Source of the DNA: Nitrospirota bacterium
GTDB taxonomy: Bacteria > Nitrospirota > Nitrospiria > Nitrospirales > Nitrospiraceae
Assembly (NCBI GenBank): GCA_963703955.1
Contig: CAVPGK010000011.1
Span: 128,001 to 192,000, forward strand
DNA: 64,000 bases
Direction of reading: 5' to 3'
Shown here piece after piece: positions 63,434 through 64,000 of the stretch. Each line of letters starts with the position of its first letter. Position 1 is the first letter of the stretch. A program made the position numbers and the translations under genes. The notes under the pieces were generated by a model, which had not been told where the DNA came from, did no database searches, and saw nothing but the letters and a program-made list of their open reading frames with translations.

Positions 63434-64000
63434 CTACACTGGTAATTCAAAGGTAAAGACCGCACCTTTGGGTTGATTATTGGCGGCCCGGATATGGCCA
63501 TCGTGATCCGTGATGATCCGATGGACAATGGCAAGGCCCAGGCCGGTGCCGGTCTTCTTGCGCGAAAAGTAGGGGACAAACAAGCGTTCCTGGTCTTCCG
63601 GATTGATGCCCATCCCTTCATCGGCCACGCTCACCACAGCCCGGTGCCGCTTGTAATCGTGCTTCGTCGAGACCCACAGACGGCCCTTTTGGTTCATCGC
63701 CTGGACCGCATTATCGAACAGGTTCACGAACACCCGCTTGAATTGCTCGCGATCGAAATTCAGCAACGGAAGTGCCTCCTCCAGATCCACGACAAATTCG
63801 ATATCTTTGTGAGCCCCGCCGTAGAGCGTGACGACTTCCCGAATCACGTCGTGAATGGATTGCCGCGCCATCTGCGGCAGAGGCATCCGCGCGAACTTTG
63901 AGAATTCATCGATCATGTGTTTGAGACTGTTGACCTCATTGACGATCACGTCGGTTGACTCGTCAAAAATGCTTTCGAAGTCGGACGACTTCTCATAGAA
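63434..64000 (-). CDS. ntrY: NtrY-like histidine kinase, C-terminal part (5' end outside window)
   Basis: EFSKFARMP, NLFDNA, PYFSRK..GTGLGLAIV. Confidence 0.8.
   Translation of the reverse strand, partial: FYEKSSDFESIFDESTDVIVNEVNSLKHMIDEFSKFARMPLPQMARQSIHDVIREVVTLYGGAHKDIEFVVDLEEALPLLNFDREQFKRVFVNLFDNAVQAMNQKGRLWVSTKHDYKRHRAVVSVADEGMGINPEDQERLFVPYFSRKKTGTGLGLAIVHRIITDHDGHIRAANNQPKGAVFTFELPV

Overview
Bacterial chromosomal window whose gene content and style suggest a Nitrospira-like organism (inference, not checked by search). About 1-30 kb and 56.7-64 kb are mostly core genes: glgA, recO, malQ, queC, apt, a sigma-70 factor, ald, htpX, purN/purM, rlmD, two sigma-54 two-component systems, tRNA-Pro(CGG) and tRNA-Ala(CGC). 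About 32.6-56.6 kb is a tandem array of integrative elements inserted at the 3' end of tRNA-Ala(CGC), delimited by three copies of a 13-bp core TGGTGGAGGGCAG (32786, 38694, 56613). Element 1 (~5.9 kb) carries a large serine recombinase and small phage/satellite-like genes. Element 2 (~17.9 kb) carries proteostasis/stress cargo (Hsp20, ClpB, CbpA/CbpM, TrxC, bacterioferritin, USP, Crp), many gene fragments, an IS1380, a candidate large structured RNA and a recombinase 3' remnant. The most striking signal is that both recombinase ORFs run in frame through the att core (GGGQ). Next to the tRNA the protein ends GGGQGI*, while each element's far end encodes a similar 21-25 aa tail that would be attached only in the excised circle. 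Both reconstructed attP sites are 50-bp imperfect palindromes centred on the same CA dinucleotide. Many single-base frameshifts, some in core genes, suggest indel sequencing errors, so pseudogene calls resting on one frameshift are uncertain.
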